The position numbers were made by a program, and so were the translations under genes. From Octopus bimaculoides (Eukaryota), in assembly GCF_001194135.2 (NCBI RefSeq), contig NC_068989.1:78187339-78251338 (forward strand): a stretch of 64,000 bases of DNA, given 5' to 3'. This document shows positions 23,713-37,449 of this stretch, piece after piece. The stretch's first letter is position 1, and the number at the start of each line of letters is the position of its first letter. The notes under the pieces were generated by a model. It was not told where the DNA came from, did no database searches, and was given only the letters and a program-made list of their open reading frames with translations.

Positions 23713-26700
23713 TACTTTTCTTTTGGTTTTTATTTGGCAAGTACCATAGAATACATAATTTCGTGATATTGATGATGCTATTCATCTAATCATTTGATTT
23801 GATTCTCACAACAGGTAATATCACTTAATAATCACGGATAAATTACACGCGACATATGCATTATCTTGTAATAACTTTAGGTTGTTTTTGCTAATAAATG
23901 ATTTTATAGACACTTGTAATTAAACAATATGAAGCTGTTACATTTGTTGTTCTTGTCCTTCCTTTTCTTCCCCTGGTTTTCATCAATTTCTTTTTCAGTA
24001 CGTAAATTAATCTAAAACAAAATATAAAATAAGAGGGTACAAACTCTAGCAATTCAAGTTACACTTAAAAGACAAGATACGAAGATACATAATTGAGAAT
24101 TGAACCTCGTGTGGTAAAGCGATAGAGTCGATTTCTACGGCACTATGGACTAATTTTTGCCTTAAGGATCTACTGGTATAAATCATGCCCAATAAATCGA
24201 TATGCGTATCAAGAAATATTCGAGAAAGTTTGTGTCTTATTGGTCAGAGATATTAACCAAGCAAAGGCAAAGAGAAAATTAATGTAATTGCTTTGCAAAG
24301 TATAAAGAATGTGCGAGGTTTGGCCATTGCTATCAAGACATATGTCCTGGTAGCAAGAACTCTTTCACGGGGATACATGGAATATGGAATTATGTGCTGT
24401 TACCTAAGACCGAGGAAGATGCGAGAAACCATGCGCAGAGAGTACTTTCTAAGGCTGTCGGTATGTTGGTACCTCAGTATGTGTGTAAGAAAATACAAGT
24501 ATCTGGACCATTAAATTCTTGGCATGCTGCTATTGTTGCTGAACAATACAGGCTGGTAGGAGTAGAGAAGCTTCCTGCAAGATATGTTTTACCATAAGTA
24601 ATTTCAGAAAGTGGTGTTACGTTAATACATTTTCATACAAGGTATGAAATATTTTAAGCTATAAAATCGAGTCTGTACAAGATAAAGCATAAATGAGCAA
24701 ACCAATGCAATCTCTAATAAACGTTACACAGACGTCTGATCTTATCTTGTGACAAGCATTCCACAACAAAACGCTCTGAATCGAAATCGTTTCCTCTCAA
24801 CAATGAAGAAATTTATTTTTGCAGACAACTTATAGATGTAAGAGAAACCATTTCATAACACTGCATAGCGGATGCTAGTAAGCTTATTTTGAACGTCAGG
24901 AGAAGATAAGCGCTGCTTTGGGGCCTTTCTCTTTACGGCATTATTGCGACCACCACCCTCACAGAATTGAGGTCCCGCTTACTAGATCAACTGGCTACTA
25001 GGTTTCGCTCAATATTCGTCGCTTTTTAACCAAATATAGCAACACATATTCAAAGAGATCATAATACCGTTATAAAATTGAAAATGACTCCCTTGACTTC
25101 CAACAAACTATCTTCAACTACGTAATATTTCCCTGCTCACAATTTGACGTTTTGGCAAATAATTCGTCGTATTATTGGTATTAAAGCAGTTGATCTGTAG
25201 ATAATTGTGTCACCAGTAACACCGCCTTCCGGCAATTAGAAGGTGTTTAGTACTATCATGCTTACGTCAAATTTTGTCTTTCATCATTCTTGTATGGTCG
25301 ATTAAATAATTAGCAGACAAGCACTAATTAAATCGATTATTCCTTTTTTTCCAAATACTTTGTTAATATAACCAGTAGTAGTAGAACACAGCATTATTGA
25401 TGTTAAATTTTAGCATACGTGTGTGTGTGTGTGTGTGTATGTGTGTGTGTGTGTGTGTGTGCGTGCGTGTGTGTGTATGTGTGTATGTATTTATGTATGT
25501 ATATGGGAGAGGGATCATTCGACTGATTTCTCCCCATATAGAATTGGACTTATGTATAGTCTCCTGAAGCATGAATAATAATTTACGCTGAGGTTTTAGG
25601 TGAAGTATTAATCACTCCATAATTTTTACACTGCTGTAAGAAGATAAACCTAAAACTGGGTACCAATAATTTGTTTCTCTGAAATTAGACGGCAGTCATG
25701 TGATTTCGGTCGGGTACTACTCTATAGCATTTTGCTGTTACTTTGAAGAAGCATTTAAAATAACTGGACCAGATTCATCTTTCGGAAGACAAGGTCAAGT
25801 TGAAAGGCCACAGGTCGTGATTGAGTCACTGAAAAGACCGGAAGTCATTAATTTATAATAATTGATTTAGAACCGTCGATGCATAGAAAACTTATAATTC
25901 CTTTGCCTGGTCGCTGTGGCGAAAGAGGTTGTTTAGTGGACGATGCTGAAAAGCAAGCAGACAGAGACATTCCTCTTTGGTAGAATCCACATCGACTTCT
26001 TCAAGTTTTACTTCAACAACGCAGTATTCTGTGTTGTAACACAACATCCACTTTTAAGTAGGAATGAATATTGCCTTTTGGTATTAATACTACTTTTGTT
26101 AGTATTAGTTATTTTTTTTTTATGAACCCATTGGCTTTTTTTTTTATGTACCCGAAGAGCCACTGAGGTTCTATGTATATCGATGACGGGAGAATCACTG
26201 CTATCCCTAGCCACGGATATCTGCTATTCACAAGTCCATGGAAGGCCGAAATCACATGATTTTTCAATTCCGAGGCTTTCGTGGGCCATTACTTCGCACT
26301 AAGTATATAGACACGAATATGTGTACACGAGTCCGTATGAGAAGTTCTTTAATGATAACTATAGCAGTATTCTGTGTTCTAACACAACACCCACGATTAA
26401 GTGATGGTAAATATTATCCAATAAAGTCTATTACACATTCGATCTCCTATTTTATTAATACTATATATATATGAAAGTATTGAGTGGATAAGTAAATTAA
26501 ATCTATATTCAAAATCATGTGTCAGTGTGTATGCTTGTATAGTATATTTAGACAAAGCGTATTTCCTGCTCCTTTTTTGTGGCTACCACTTCTGTTATGA
26601 GAGGTTACATCATCCCGTTATCACAATCAAAACCAAGTTCCGCTCTGGAAGCTTTGGTTAACGCATGGTTATTCTAGGAAAGCGTCGCTATGGTGTCACG

Positions 26701-28404
26701 TAGTGGGTCCTAACGCAGTGGGTCCTAACGCAGTTGTCAAGCAAAGTTCTTAACCACAAAATTATACTCACGCCAATGTCTTCCTACGGCATCCGGGATT
26801 CCAGACGGAAATTAACAGAGCGGTTAAAATACAATGACATTAGAAACTCCAGTGTTTAGCCCAAAGCAATTTATTTTATTTCGGCAATGCTATTCCGTGG
26901 TTAAGGTCTATTCTCCTGTGCTGTATCAAAAGTAGATCGGTCGTACTAATAGTGCCCATCAGTATACATTTTGTGCTATTTAACCAATTCTTTTACTAAA
27001 ATCAATTAGAAAAACTGGTTTAGCAGTTCATGTCTATAAATACTTACATGCTTCTTATAAGTAGTAATTTTCCCAGTTTAATATTGTTTTCAGTATTCTA
27101 CGATTATTAAAATTCATGTAACAAACTTCACCTATTATCCTTTTAATGACCATTGCTATGTATCATGCGATGATTTGTTTTCAGTATGAACAGAGTTATA
27201 ACAAAATATCTATCTTTGTTTCCATAGATATTTTTTCTCTATTTTTCTTTTCTATGTACATAGTATAAGTCCATCCCTAATAAGAGCTTATTATTTACAG
27301 TTGAAGTATAACGAACAATAACAGAAAAAAGCCATTTTTCGACTTTCAATATCGGTCTATTTCTATATTATTGATATTGACCAAGATTTCATTTAAGAGT
27401 TTCTCATAGATATAGAATATAATTTGATGCTATTCCACAAAGTACGAAGTTAATATGACTATTCGTTTTTTTTTTATTTGTTTCTGTCATTTTTGTCTCA
27501 TCCCTTATTAAGTTGATAAAAACAAATGTATAATATCTAATAATTATCTCTTGTCTCCATTAATAGAAACGAGAAGCAAAAATAGGTAATTGATTTTAGG
27601 AAATTGAATAAATGAGTGAAACTCTAGAATATAGATTACCCATTCACAAAAAGGAGAGAAATATCAAAACAAGAAATAAAAAAGAAAAAAAGAAAAAACA
27701 TATATGTTGATATCCAGGGTAAAATTATCAGTAATAGTTATTTTACCGTGAATGATAGGAGGAAGAAAAAAAAAAACAAAAGTAAAGTAAAAGCTCATTT
27801 AGAAGTTCATATGTGTATTGAATTCTGTCAAAAGTGGTTTCGGTCTATTTTTAGACGAGACACAAAACAGGCAGATATATATAAAGACATCAACGTGTTA
27901 TTGTCTTTGGTGGCGTTATTGAAATCCATTATTCTCTTATGAATTGTCTTAGTTTTACATTATTTTATTGTCTAACTTTTTTTTCTTAATTGTTGTTGCT
28001 ATATTTAGGTTGAAACTTATAAATAGAAGATACAATGTAGAAATGACTCTAACTTTACATTGTTTTCAATAAAGTTGTTTCTTATAGACAAATATACATT
28101 TCTTACATAGCTAGAAGGTAGTATGCTGTTAGGAAAAGGAAATAAGATTGTTTCTATTTAGTTTCTCTGAGATATTAGCAATTTACAAAAAGTGAAACGA
28201 CAGCGTATAAGATTGGAAATAAAATATGAGAATCTAGCGCAGCATCGATTCAACACTGGCATCGTCTCTAAAAAAATAATTATGCCCCACAAGTAATTTT
28301 TGTCCCGGGAAATGCCCCACAAATTCATTTTACCTCATAATTTCTGTTATAATAGTATACTGGTACTAAAAAACAATATTGATTTTGCATTATGGTAGAA
28401 AGCT

Positions 28405-29225
28405 GTAGGCTGCTTTCAGTTTTAGCGGCAATAATAATTGCCATTACCACCGAGGTCGACTTTGCCTTTCATCCTTTCGGGGTCGATAAATGAAGTACCA
28501 ATGAAACACTGGGGTCGATATGATCGACTAGTCCTCTCCTCCAAAATTCCAGGCCTTGTGCCTTTAGTAGAAACGACTATTACTTCTAGTTTTAAGGCGA
28601 CGAGCTCGCAGAATCATTAGCACGCCGGGCAAAATACTTCGCTTCTTTCGTCCATCTTTACGCTCTGAGTTCAAATTTTGCTGAGGTCAAGTTTACGTTT
28701 CAGCTTCTCTGGGTCGATAAAATAAGTATCAGTTTGTCACAGGAGTAGATGTATTCGACTTAGCCCCTTCCTCGAAACCTGCTGCCATTGTTCCAAAAGT
28801 TGAAACCATTATTACTACTACTACTATTATTATAATCATTTTTTTTACTATTAGGGCGGCGTACTGGCAAGGTCGTTAGTACAACAGTCAATAGACTTAA
28901 CAGCATTGCATCAATTTTATGACAGAGTTTAAAATCCACCGAGGCCGACCTTGTCTTTCATCTCATCGGAATCATAAAATAATTACTAGATAAATATTGC
29001 GGTTGGTATAATCGAATTTTCCCTCCTAACAAAATTGTTGACACTTTCCCGAAATTTCAAAAAATTGAAAAAGGGGTCGAGCTGACAGAATCGTTAGCAT
29101 GCCGGGAAAAATGCTTAATTGCATTTCGTGCAATTTTGGGACCCCGGCACTTATTTTATCGACCCTGAAAGGGTAAAAGGAAAGTCGACCTCAGCGGAAT
29201 TTGAACTCAGGACGTAAAAAAGACA
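28405..29225 (+). mobile_element. Cluster of SINE family B copies: three head-to-tail (~28405, ~28590, ~28855), a fourth head (~29075) and an inverted fragment (~29130-29225)
   Basis: Repeated 'ggcg(a/g)cgagct..cagaatc(g/a)ttag' heads and 'gtcgactttgcctttcatcc...gtcgataaa' cores, separated by short (TAC/TAT)n tails. Confidence 0.88.
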
Positions 29226-30009
29226 TTCTGTCTAATATTCAGTGAATATTGTGCCCTAGTGCTTTTATGCATTTGACAATAAACTTCGTTCTCATCCACG
29301 ATTACAAGAGGCTGTGACCAAATGCGAAAAAGTGAATTATTAAACATGTAGTCATTTGCAAATTGAAAAATAATTACATATATTTAATTTTATGCGCTGT
29401 AATATAAAACGCTGATTTGAAATAACCTTAGACTTCGATTTCGTTTAAATCATATTAATTTTAATTATAATTGTAGTTAATATTTGGCTGATAGAAGTAA
29501 TCGCGTTGGGCGTTTAGATGATAAAAATATATAGCCTCTGAAATTAATATTCCTATTGATTCGTTTTTATTTACAAGGAAAAATTTGAAAATATCACGTA
29601 GTTCATGTTCCACTCCACTAAGACAATTTCCTTTCATAAAATTTTAATATTAGGAAACTGGGAGGATGTGATATTTGAGATTTTCCCAAAGGTATTAGTC
29701 GCAAATTAGTCTAAAAGTGAAGCTTGAAAATACGACATCACATCAGTTAGATTAAGGCTTATTACTTGAACCTCGATGCCTAACACGTTATAAAACTAAT
29801 GTTGACTTATTTATTTGTATAAATTGGAAATAAATAAATGGTGAGATTTAATTTGCGTCATCGATGTGAGTTTTGTTTTGTTCCTTTATATATTCGTTCT
29901 TTCGTTCCCCCTCGCTCACATTTCCTTGCCTTCTCTTTTCCTTCCACTTTTCACTTCACTGTGTCCCTGTCATTTTTCTCGCCCCTCCCTAATTCTTTTG
30001 TATCTCTGC

Positions 30010-30040
<31 letters not shown>

Positions 30041-30509
30041 TCCCACATGACCGGTGTTCGGCCAGGCCTGATCTTTCTTTTTTGGGAGCAGCCGTTGTGC
30101 ATGAAACATAGTTATTTCTCCCTGTGCCTGTGAAATTTTGTATCCCGCCTGTAAGGCCTTATTTCCATATACGCCAGCTTAATTTTATTCGTCCTTAGTC
30201 GAAAGACATCTGTTGTTATGTCCTGTTATTATTCCTACTGTATGGGTGCAACATTGTTCGTTTTTTTTCCGTCCTTGTTTTTGTATACGTTCGCTGCTTT
30301 CTTCCAACGAATCTAATGCTCTTAGCTTAGTTTTTCCTCGGGGCTGGCCAGATTGGGGCAATATCGAGAATAACCAGCCGAAATTGCAAGGATAATCTGG
30401 ATCTCGACTGAAGAGAGCAAACTCCCAATGACATGTCCGTGTTTCCTTGTATCGTCTATCTGTACGTTTTGTCCCTTTCTTGCATCATCTAAACTGTCTN
30501 NNNNNNNNN

Positions 30510-30552
<43 letters not shown>

Positions 30553-31169
30553 CTGATCCGAATTTCAGCACTGATCTAAGGATTAATTAAACATTGACTT
30601 ACTGGAGACTATATACGGAATGCACAAGCGCAATAATATGTTGACGTATTCTGTCCATGTTAATAAACTTTCAAAAGTCACAAAGGCTAATGCATCAGTA
30701 AAAGTGTTAAGTAATATTTAGCTACGTCTTCCCAAATCTTGCCGGGTCTATTTTGCCTTTCATCAAATTTTGGATGAATAGTAATAAGAATTAATCATAC
30801 ATTCAGATCAATTTAATTTCTATCTGTTTATCTTCTACAGAATATTTGGAAATATGGAAATACATCTGTACAAAACATAATATTCTAATAAATATTTTTA
30901 TCTTCCTTACGATGAAGCAATATCATATGTACACTGGCTTAATAAACATATAGAGGAGCTGGTAAACGAACTCTCGTCCCCTTCTCTAACTGTATATACC
31001 ATCCTATTCTTTCATCTTGGAGGACAGGCCGTTTACGTTTAAGCTTCCTCCTAGTTACTAGTATTATTATATTTTATAACATCTTTTCTTACCAGCTTCA
31101 ACAGTTTATCTATTGCTTAGCAAAACTAATAGGCCTACACTTAAAATTACTTGAATGTCTTCCTCTGAT

Positions 31170-31560
31170 GTCACTCCGAATTCGTGCGCTATCTGCATAT
31201 TCGCTATAAGAGATATTACACGTTAAGCTACTGGCAATCAGGTTTCTTTAAATACAACATAACCAAGATGAATATCTGCATGTATCACAAAATTTTCATC
31301 TCTGTAAAAGACAAAAATGGCCACTGCTCTAAGAATATCAAACATGTTTTAGGGAAGTCAGAATTTTTTCACAGTTATTTCGCTTCAGATTCGATCACTC
31401 TTCGACATAGTTTGATAGGTTATCGTGAGCAAACTTTAGTGGATAGAAATTTTGTAGAAATCCGTCAGAGGAAGATCTTCAACGCTTGATTGATAGACTT
31501 AATTCAGCTTTCAGTTTAAAATTGCCATCTAGTCTTCGACTACTTTCGGTGGAATGAAAA
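31170..31560 (+). mobile_element. Highly decayed non-LTR (RTE-like) reverse transcriptase fragment
   Basis: Pieces in successive frames lie in RT order: MYHKIFISVKDKNGHCSK, then FREVRIFSQLFRFRFD (compare GVRQG..LSP.LF...D), then SEEDLQRLIDRLNSAFSLK. The catalytic YADD motif is not preserved. Confidence 0.4.
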
Positions 31561-34500
31561 CATCCGCAAGTGTAGGGTTGAGAACTTCAATCTGAAGATG
31601 AATTAGTCTCTCTATCACAAAGCTATTTTAAAAAGTCATGGTTCCTCGTTCTTTCTCTCTCTAAAAGACCAGAGAGCGTGCCTGATCATCTATGATTGCT
31701 ATTGATGATATGAATATTATAAAGGAGCGGGCTCGTTGTTGTTAGTCTCGTGATTTTTGTGTGGAATATTGATTAACACATATACGTTATCAAACAATAT
31801 CAGTGTATATGTAAGTATCATCACCTAAATTACCATTCCAAGTCATAACTACCTTTCAAGTGCAGACATATGTTAGCATTGGATTATAGATCTTTCTGAG
31901 ATAGTAAAGTCAAACTTTAAAATCTCAACAGGCAAGTGACAGTATCATCTTCTCTTAGTAAATAACAGTAAACTTAAAAACGAGTTGAAAATATTTTACA
32001 CATTGCTTTGCTGTATCCAGCATTCATCAATATAGAATTGTTTAATAAGTTTTTGTCTTCTGGCGACAAACATTAACATTTTGAGTAGACATTTTGCACG
32101 GATAAAAAACAGATTCTTAATAGAAGACACGTTTTATATAGTCAGCAAAGATTCACGCTGTCTTTCAAAATTGCGTACAAACTGATTGATATTTATTTGT
32201 AAATTGTATGTGCTTTTCTCTGTATCTCTTTATTTTTCGTTTAGTTCATTTCCAGACCACATCATTGTACATTGCATTTAGCGGAGTCTTACTACCAACC
32301 ACATTGCCACATTGCTAATTGTACTTAAGTAGTTGATGATTACTGTTATTAAGATGCTAAAACTTAAACAGACAATATCACTGCCATTGTTGATATGTTT
32401 GCTGCTTCTTACCATTTTGACTGATACTAATCTGACTACGCTCATCACTTGCGTTCGCACCTACCACGATTAGTCATTGTAGAAAAGTATGCGATCACTA
32501 TGAAAGCTTAGCAAGTGCTGTAGGGTCGTTAATGCTTGTAGTGATTCGGCATTTCCTTGCAGTTATTTATGTCTTAAGTGTGCCGGCTCCAGACTTTGTT
32601 TCATTAATATGTATAGTGGCTACGGCTTTGTGCCGTTTGAACACCAAAGGCATACTTGATGGATGCATTGAAGAAGTTGTGTTGATTCATAGATTAAGTG
32701 TTTGTATATCGTGGAGATGTTTAATGTGAATTACTATCGCATGTAGAATTTTGAGTAAGCCTGAAGCGTAGTATTATGCAAATATGAGAAGGTGTTATTA
32801 AAAATGACTGCAAGAATATCGGTAAGGATAGAAGCAGATTGTACTAAGTAATGAATCTTGGAATACGTTATGTTTGATAGTGTAGTGACAGGAGAAACTT
32901 TTTACCGAAGCACACAAAAATGATAGGGTTCTACAAGACGCATCTAATCTGAAAACTTTTAGACAATAGATATGCAATTTTCTTAAATATCTCGTAAACT
33001 AAAATATAGTTGAAATCTGTGAAGTGCATAGACATTGAATTTACGACCTTCTAAATTCTGAATAATCATGATCAAGGAGCAAGTATGTGGGGGATCGTTT
33101 ACATTTGTACAGAATCCATATTGGTTGTTTCTGAAAAACAAGAAGGCAAACTTTAATTGAAGTTCATGATTGACAGCCTCTGCAACAACTTCGTTTGAGA
33201 ATCTGGAAACAAGGTTTATTGGGGCGTGGTGAATCATCAGATATGTACTTGGATTATGGATGGCGATTCAAAATAGACTTTTCTCCAAAATTTATGATAG
33301 GAATCTCGCAGGATAGTACTGGAATATTAGTGAAGAATGTGGATAGTGTATGGAGACACGCGTGGAGTGCAATCTTTAGAAGTGATAAAAAGTACATCGT
33401 TAACACAGTTCACTTGATAGACTGGCGTGTTCGAAATTTATAATGATGTATACAAGAGCGTGATATTTGAACCAAATAGAACAATAGTTTGCAGGAATCA
33501 CTATTAAGCACATACTATGTGCAGTTGAATGTTTTCGTATTCCGGTTGTTTATGTGCGTAAATTCTCGTAAATTCTTATAAATAAGAGTATTTTCTTCTA
33601 AGGTCTATTTTCGGCTGAATATGAAAGGTTTACTTCAGCTCCATTCAGATATCCAGTGTTTGAGTGTAATGTATGTATTGATCCAGATGTGTTATACTAC
33701 CAGACTAAACGTATATATGATAGATGCACTTATTGAAAAAGAACACTACCTTAGTATAGACATGCATTATAGGAATAGAAATAAGTTTAATTTGGTTGTA
33801 GATTTGGATACCGACGAATTTAAGAAACAGGAAACTTAAAACCTAAATTTTGTAAGATAAAATTTGAAAAATTAAGCAAATAATACATAACCAAGATAAT
33901 ATAAAACAAAACAAGTGAAAAACAGAAAAGAAGAATGCGTAAGTATAAATAACAAAATTCTAGGCATTAATACTGTAAAAATTGTTAAAGTAAATCATAA
34001 AACCTAGACATAGAACGAGTAATATAAACAGATGAAATCCAAAAGCATAACAAAATCAAATTCTTGTACATTTATAGACTTTTGGATAAAAAGTTCAACC
34101 AGAAGTCACCAATAAAAATAAGAAACCAAATGAATTTAGTAATATAACTATAGAACATTTTATATTTCGTAATTTACAAAATAAAACTAATAAAAATGTG
34201 AAAATCGATAGATATTCCAATACTTGTCGAACACCGCCCTCCACAGAATAGTACGTAATTATATAACAGGAATATTAAAAAATTAATGGCAAGCGGATGA
34301 AATGAAAATATTCATAATGCTTGATACTGTAAACACCAGTATATAAACCAAGTAACACCACACACACACATATATCTAGAAATATACATAGACACACAGA
34401 CACACATACACACATACAAATACACGAATACACACATGTATATATTTACATACGTATATTGTTTTAGAGAGAGAGATGGGGGAGTGATCCAAGGATTGGA

Positions 34501-34581
34501 CTCCTTATTGGAAAATATGAGGACACAGATATTGTGTCGTATGTTTCCTCGGGTTAGCACATAGTCTTTACTATATATATG

Positions 34582-35050
34582 ATGTGTCTTGAATGGCACA
34601 ACGATGCACTATAACAACAACAATGGACTATAATAACTGTTATAATTTAATCATCCATAGACTGATATAACATTTCGGAATACAAAAATTCCTTCTTCAG
34701 ATACTCCCTAGCGGTTGCGAGCTCGGCCTGGCTCAGGTGTAAAGATAGAAGAATATTGTAGTTCGCTTGCAGAATTGTGTATTGTTTGTAAAATATAATG
34801 TCTTGAATACACAATACACAGTGCTTCAAGCGAACTACAATATCTTTACACCTGGGTCGGGCCGAGTTCGCAACCGCCAGGTATTATCTGAAGAAGGAAC
34901 TTTTGTATTCCGGAATATTATATCAGTCTATGGATGATTAATTTATAACAGTAATTATAGTCCATTGTGTTATTGTAGTGCATTGTTGTGCCAATCAAGA
35001 CACATATTTTACACACAATACACAATGCTTCAATCGAACTATGATACTCT
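34582..35050. repeat. Fold-back: two ~200-215-bp arms in inverted orientation plus a partial third unit
   Basis: Left arm 34582-34790 is the reverse complement of right arm 34808-35005 (e.g. ccttcttcagatac/gtattatctgaagaagg, gcggttgcgagctcggcc/ggccgagttcgcaaccgc). 35010-35050 repeats the start of the right arm. Confidence 0.93.
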
Positions 35051-35052
35051 CC

Positions 35053-35085
<33 letters not shown>

Positions 35086-35547
35086 GTTTTAGGGAAAATA
35101 ACCAATTTTCAAGAACTCATCGATGAAAATCCACTATCACATATAGAAAAATTAATAATTAAAAGCACAATAAATGAGTATAATATAAAGTAAAGTAAAT
35201 ATCATAAGATAAATATAATAAAAAGATTACACGTGTTTCATAACCAATTTTCAAATAGAAAAGAAATTTAAATCGATTAAAATCAATTGAAATTATCGAA
35301 AATAAGTTCTATTCAAAAATATAGCTACTCGTCAGATCGTAAGTAGAACAATAATTAGATATATATCTCAACCAACAATAAGTACCAAATGAATTAATAT
35401 GAAATACTTATTATATGAAGATAGAAAAATTATTAAAAAAATATCATAATATCAAAATAATAACCATTCAATAACCATCCCTTCATCCATTATAATAACA
35501 TGTATATTATATATATACACATAACTAAAGATTTAGGGTTTTTATAC

Positions 35548-35580
<33 letters not shown>

Positions 35581-35809
35581 CATAAAGAGAGAGAGATAGA
35601 GAGAGAAAAGGTAGAGAGAGAAAGTTAGGGCGGAGAGAGAGAAGGAAGAATGGTGATCGAAATTAAAATGATATAAATGAATTATACGTAGAATATTTTT
35701 TAAAATATATATTATAGAAAATATAACATCTTTTCTGGCGAATGGGTGGGGAGAAGAAATTCATAACAATGTGCAATCAAAAGAGCATGAGAAGCCTATA
35801 TTTGTTTCA

Positions 35810-36690
35810 TTGCATTTAAATTGCATGTATTTCTACCCACAAAACTGTCAAAGACAGCATAGGCAAGAGCCGAATAAAGGAAGGGAGTTTCATTAATTTT
35901 TTGTTACTGTTCACAGTAACAAAAAAGTAAGGACTGATGACGGAATCGTTTCTAACTGCACACCAGACCTTCATGCTTGTGCTATGCGGTGGTCTTTCGT
36001 GCAGTTCTCTCGGATTTTCAAGAGCCAAATAATGACGGTTCTGTTGATCCACCACAATATTGCGATGAAAATGAGAGTCATCATTCATTATCTAAATGAG
36101 GTTTTCATTTGTCTCAAAAATTGCTTCCATTGTCGAAGTTAAGCCGATGTGCATAGTCCCATGGTTTCAACTGTTGCCCAATGACTAATTTGTACGGGTG
36201 GATATGCAGGTCTTCATCCAAAATACGCCTTACAGATAGATTACCAATGCCAAGTTCAGTGGAATGCCTCCGAGCAGATCGGTTCGGACTCCGTATCAAA
36301 GCTTGTCTGACGCGGTTCACATGTTCAGGCTCCGGGCCGTTTGTAGCTTCGACAACGGTCTCCTATTCATTAGTGTACCTCGTGTATGAAGTGCATTCAC
36401 CCAACGTAAGATTGTGTTACGAGTGAGAACAGTCTGATTTCGGTGAATGTTGAAGTGGCGCCAAAACACACACTGAATTGCTGCGACAAACCCGTTATTC
36501 TTCACGTAACTCTCGTAGGCGAACACGCGATGTTCTATCGTCCACAGCGCCATGGTCGCACCTCGAAAAAAATTGTTAAGGGCACCACGGACTTAATGGT
36601 ATCTGTCGGACGTATGTCCTTCTCCCTGCAGCTGAATAATAGCCACGTCAAAAACGCCTGCCCTCTCTGCTCTACCCTCTAGAGTGATGC
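35810..36690 (-). mobile_element. Decayed Tc1/mariner-superfamily transposase, maT/DD37D-like, N-terminal two-thirds
   Basis: MALWTIEHRVFAYESYVKNN...RNTILRWV (DUF4817-like HTH), RSPNRSARRH, LHIHPYKL, DDSHFHRN..VDQQNRHY.ALENPRELHERP.HS..MKVWCAV...VISPYFF. Frameshifted. Confidence 0.85.
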
Positions 36691-37004
36691 ATGACAGACG
36701 TGGAAGTTTTCTACTTCGAAAACTATGCCTAGATAATGGAATATAAGCAGGGGAAAATTACCAGAAAGGCATAACAAAATGTCTCAGGGAACAAAAAAAG
36801 AACGGATGTGCTGACCGAATAGATAAGGAAACTGATTCAAATTAACATAACAACTCGTCAAAAACAATTAGTTTAAAATCATATAGTCGAATCGATTTAT
36901 CAATGCCAAGGAACGACAATATATCTCTTAACGAAACGGGGAAGCCGCATACACGAACAGATGTGTGTATAGGGAAAATGTGGGTAAGTAAAAATGGTGT
37001 GTGA

Positions 37005-37170
<166 letters not shown>

Positions 37171-37449
37171 GAGTGTAAATAAAGAACAGCTATTCTTCGA
37201 AATATATACTAAAAACACGACTATGTTCAAGTTTGATATTCATTATTAACGATTTGTGATAACTTCATATTAATCCTTTGTGCTTGAACTGCATCAGTAA
37301 TGCTTATAAATTCATTATTAGGATGTTTCACGACATTCAAAATTTTGGTTGCAATTTTGGAAACAGTGTGATACAGCCGTATGTCTACGAGTCCTGTCAT
37401 AACTAAACAATTAAATGCTGGTTGAACGAAAATATTAATAATAATAATA

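Noticed and set aside
26702-26734. 15-bp tandem duplication (agtgggtcctaacgc x2)
   Set aside because: A slippage duplication inside a decayed SINE head; not CRISPR-like.
30403-30441. CTGAAGA-gag(caaa)ctc hammerhead-like start
   Set aside because: GAAA is missing and helix I does not pair.
35085-35255. Split hammerhead in a short direct repeat (aaccaattttcaa x2)
   Set aside because: The 5' core and helix I could not be assembled convincingly.
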